Assembly (NCBI RefSeq): GCF_001194135.2
Contig: NC_068985.1
Location: 112,132,476 to 112,164,482, forward strand
From: Octopus bimaculoides
Taxonomy: Eukaryota
Direction: 5' to 3'
Length of the DNA: 32,007 bases
The position numbers were made by a program, and so were the translations under genes. A model generated the notes under the pieces. The model was not told the origin of the DNA, did no database searches, and saw only the letters and a list, made by a program, of their open reading frames with translations. Below are positions 29,577-32,007 of this stretch, one piece after another. Within the stretch, counting starts at the first letter, position 1. Every line of letters begins with the position of its first letter.

Positions 29577-31622
29577 ACCTAGCGAAATCGTGGTTTCGAT
29601 TCCTGAATCGGCTGGTGCATTGTGTTTTTTGAGCAAAACACTTCATCTGACTTTGCTCTGCGATCACTTCCACACTTGACATGGTGGTACACTGTTCACC
29701 TGTAACAGGCAATACTGTTGATTTGATGGTATGAGTAAGCTTATATGCAGCATAAATATTTAATTACTGGCTGGCCCCATGCTGTCGAAAATGACGGCTA
29801 ATAGTAGCATTTTGTATAGAAATAAGTTACATAATAATCACATAAGCATTCACATACTTACCTTGTACAGGTATACACACACACAGAGTTGAAACGCTCT
29901 TTGATTTTTCTTTTCAGCGTTGAATGTTCACCATCCCAATTCCATTGCACATACACACACAAACATTCACTCACATGGTTCCCTTTTACATACACACCTA
30001 TACACTCACGCAAAGTTGAAACACTGTTTGACTACTTTTTTTTTTTTTCACTGTAGAACTTCTATCATCCCACTACCAAGTTTGCCATCACCCCTTCCTT
30101 TCTCATTCATATGTTGTGACGGAGAAAAACACAAGAGTATTATCATAGTAGATTATAAACAAATTGTTCAGCAAGAAACTACAGGCATATTTGATGCAGA
30201 GTTTTTGTGAGGAGGAGTAGAAAAAAAAGGAAGAAAAGGGGCTCAGAAAATCACCCCTGGGTCCTATAATGCTAAGTTGGACCTTCCATAAGGTCACTAT
30301 TTTTCCTTAATATGCACGGCTGGAACTGGTGTGTGTACATTTTTTAAGCCATTAAATACAGTATCAACCTATCTCAGCCACTTTTGGAAAGCACTTCAAC
30401 AGAATCCACTAAAAAAAACAAAAAAAAAAAACGTATACACACTTAAAGAAAGGATAACTGTATATAAATATTTGACTTGTAGTTTTAACAAATTGAGGTA
30501 ACACTGAATAAAATTATTTATACAGATTTTTCCTTTCCTAAAGTGTGTATACATTTTTTTGGAGGATTCTGTGTGAGCTATGTTCTGTGCGTCATCTTAA
30601 TAATTTCAAGACTACAAATTTAGAAGAGAGGTTAGTTAATTAATGAACAGCAATCAACTATAGAAAATAAAGGCTAAGTTAACTTTGGTGAGATTCAAAG
30701 TTATGATGTACATCATTATCATCATCATCATTTAACGTCTGCTTTCCATGCTAGCATGGGTTGGACGATTTGACTGATGACTGGTGGAGCAGGTGGCTAC
30801 ACCAGGCTCCAATCTGATTTGGCAGAGTTTCCACAGCTGGATGCCCTTCCTAACACCAACCACTCTGAGAGTGTAGTGGGTGCTTTTACATGCCACCAGC
30901 ACGAAGGCCAGTCAAGCGGTATTGGCAACGGCCACACTTGAAATGGTGTATTTTACGTGCCACCTGCACAGGAGCCAGTCCAGTGGCACTGGCAACGGAG
31001 CTGAAAAACATTGCGAGGAATATAATATGTTGCTGTAACAATTTTGCCAATCTACTGCACTAAGCACCTTCAGAAGTTGCTTTACTAAATCCTTTCAAAT
31101 TCTTTATCATTTTCAAAAATGAATTGAAACACAGAGTCAATGTTATTTCATTTAAAATATGGTAATGAAATGGTTAACATAATTTTAGGGGCAAATATAC
31201 AGAAAGGGCACAATTACACAGCTAATTGTGATATTCACAGCTAGTATCTAAAGTTTTGTAAGGGATGATTTGAGAGGGACAGTTGACAGTTATTTCTGAA
31301 AGGTTGCATGTCTAAGCCACTTTAGCTACTTGGTTCAACCTAAGTTAAATATGTCTGTTTGCAATCATTCGGTGTCTGTTATTTTGCTACAGGGAATGAA
31401 AGGACTTAAAATAAGCATGGGTAACCTTTTTCTGAGAAGTGAATAGCATGAGACATGACTCGGCATAAAGCAGGCCAGACTATTAAAAAAAAAATTCAAG
31501 ATAATTTTCTGTTAGGCATACCATTTTTCTGCAAGCTGCAGATTGGCCATAACTGACATGGAACAAGCAGTGACCTAACTAAAACCTTTACAGGTCAGTT
31601 TACAATGTTATAAAATACTTAC

Positions 31623-32007
31623 GTTCATCGTTAGCATCATCGTTTAATTTTGGTTGTGTCTTATCGATTGAGCTACTTGTGAGTGAAGTGCTGTTGGAGC
31701 GAATACCAATGTTGTCTTGATCGACATCAGTCAAATCAAAATCTGCTTGGAGTCCCTCGATTAGCTTCAGCGCCGCTGGAGAATTCTTCTGCTTTATCGT
31801 ACCGATGTTTTCGTTAGCGAACGGCAAAGTGTTAGATTCCACACTTGAGTTGGAACTATTTGATTCCACGCTCAATGTAGAATCCTTTCGCTTTGCCACA
31901 AACTCTTCTTGTTCTGGGATGCTCTTATCTAGAGTGGAGGTTGGTAGTGCCATAGGGGCTGGGGGATCTTCAATTATCTTCTCGTTAATTGGAAATTTTT
32001 GCATCAA
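31623..32007 (-). CDS. CASKIN: Caskin-like gene, upstream exon (5' partial; runs off the window)
   Basis: Open Ser/Pro-rich frame (..KFPINEKIIEDPPAPMALP...NDDANDE) ending at donor GTAAGTA (31622), phase 1, in frame with exon 29084-29213. Confidence 0.75.

Noticed and set aside
139-30297. Most short ORFs in the six-frame track (e.g. 11511-11869, 24109-24792, 25458-25789, 27343-28997)
   Set aside because: They derive from microsatellites, N gaps, SINE antisense strands or UTR/intron sequence and have no recognisable domains; real exons were found from splice signals instead.
30310-30575. Mariner-like terminal fragments (GTGTGTATACATTTTTT...GGATTCTGT)
   Set aside because: Too degraded to define TIR pairs or boundaries by eye.

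Overview
Eukaryotic, AT-rich genomic DNA. The SINE, MITE and microsatellite content resembles octopus (inference). Two convergent genes are present. On +, a complete 7-exon ribosomal protein L18 gene (RPL18/eL18, 187 aa; CDS join 239-241, 367-453, 6793-6900, 7727-7822, 14897-15020, 15126-15195, 16124-16199) with a TCT/5'TOP start. On -, the last three coding exons of a caskin-like gene (exons 31623->32007, 29084-29213, 25949-26051) with a probable 3' UTR of about 5.7 kb. The main unannotated signal is in the two large RPL18 introns, which hold tandemly amplified snoRNA-like arrays. Intron 2 carries three copies of an [H/ACA + C/D] cassette. Intron 4 carries five copies of a second C/D snoRNA, interleaved with weaker H/ACA-like modules. 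The copies show conserved boxes and guides, compensatory stem changes and one transposon knock-out. The rest is decayed piggyBac transposons, piggyBac/hAT/mariner MITEs and fragments, an RTE LINE 3' end, tRNA-derived SINEs, microsatellites, a perfect 68-bp inverted repeat and two assembly gaps. Most ORFs in the supplied track are spurious or are transposon fragments. All rRNA target matches were made from remembered conserved rRNA sequence, not from a search.
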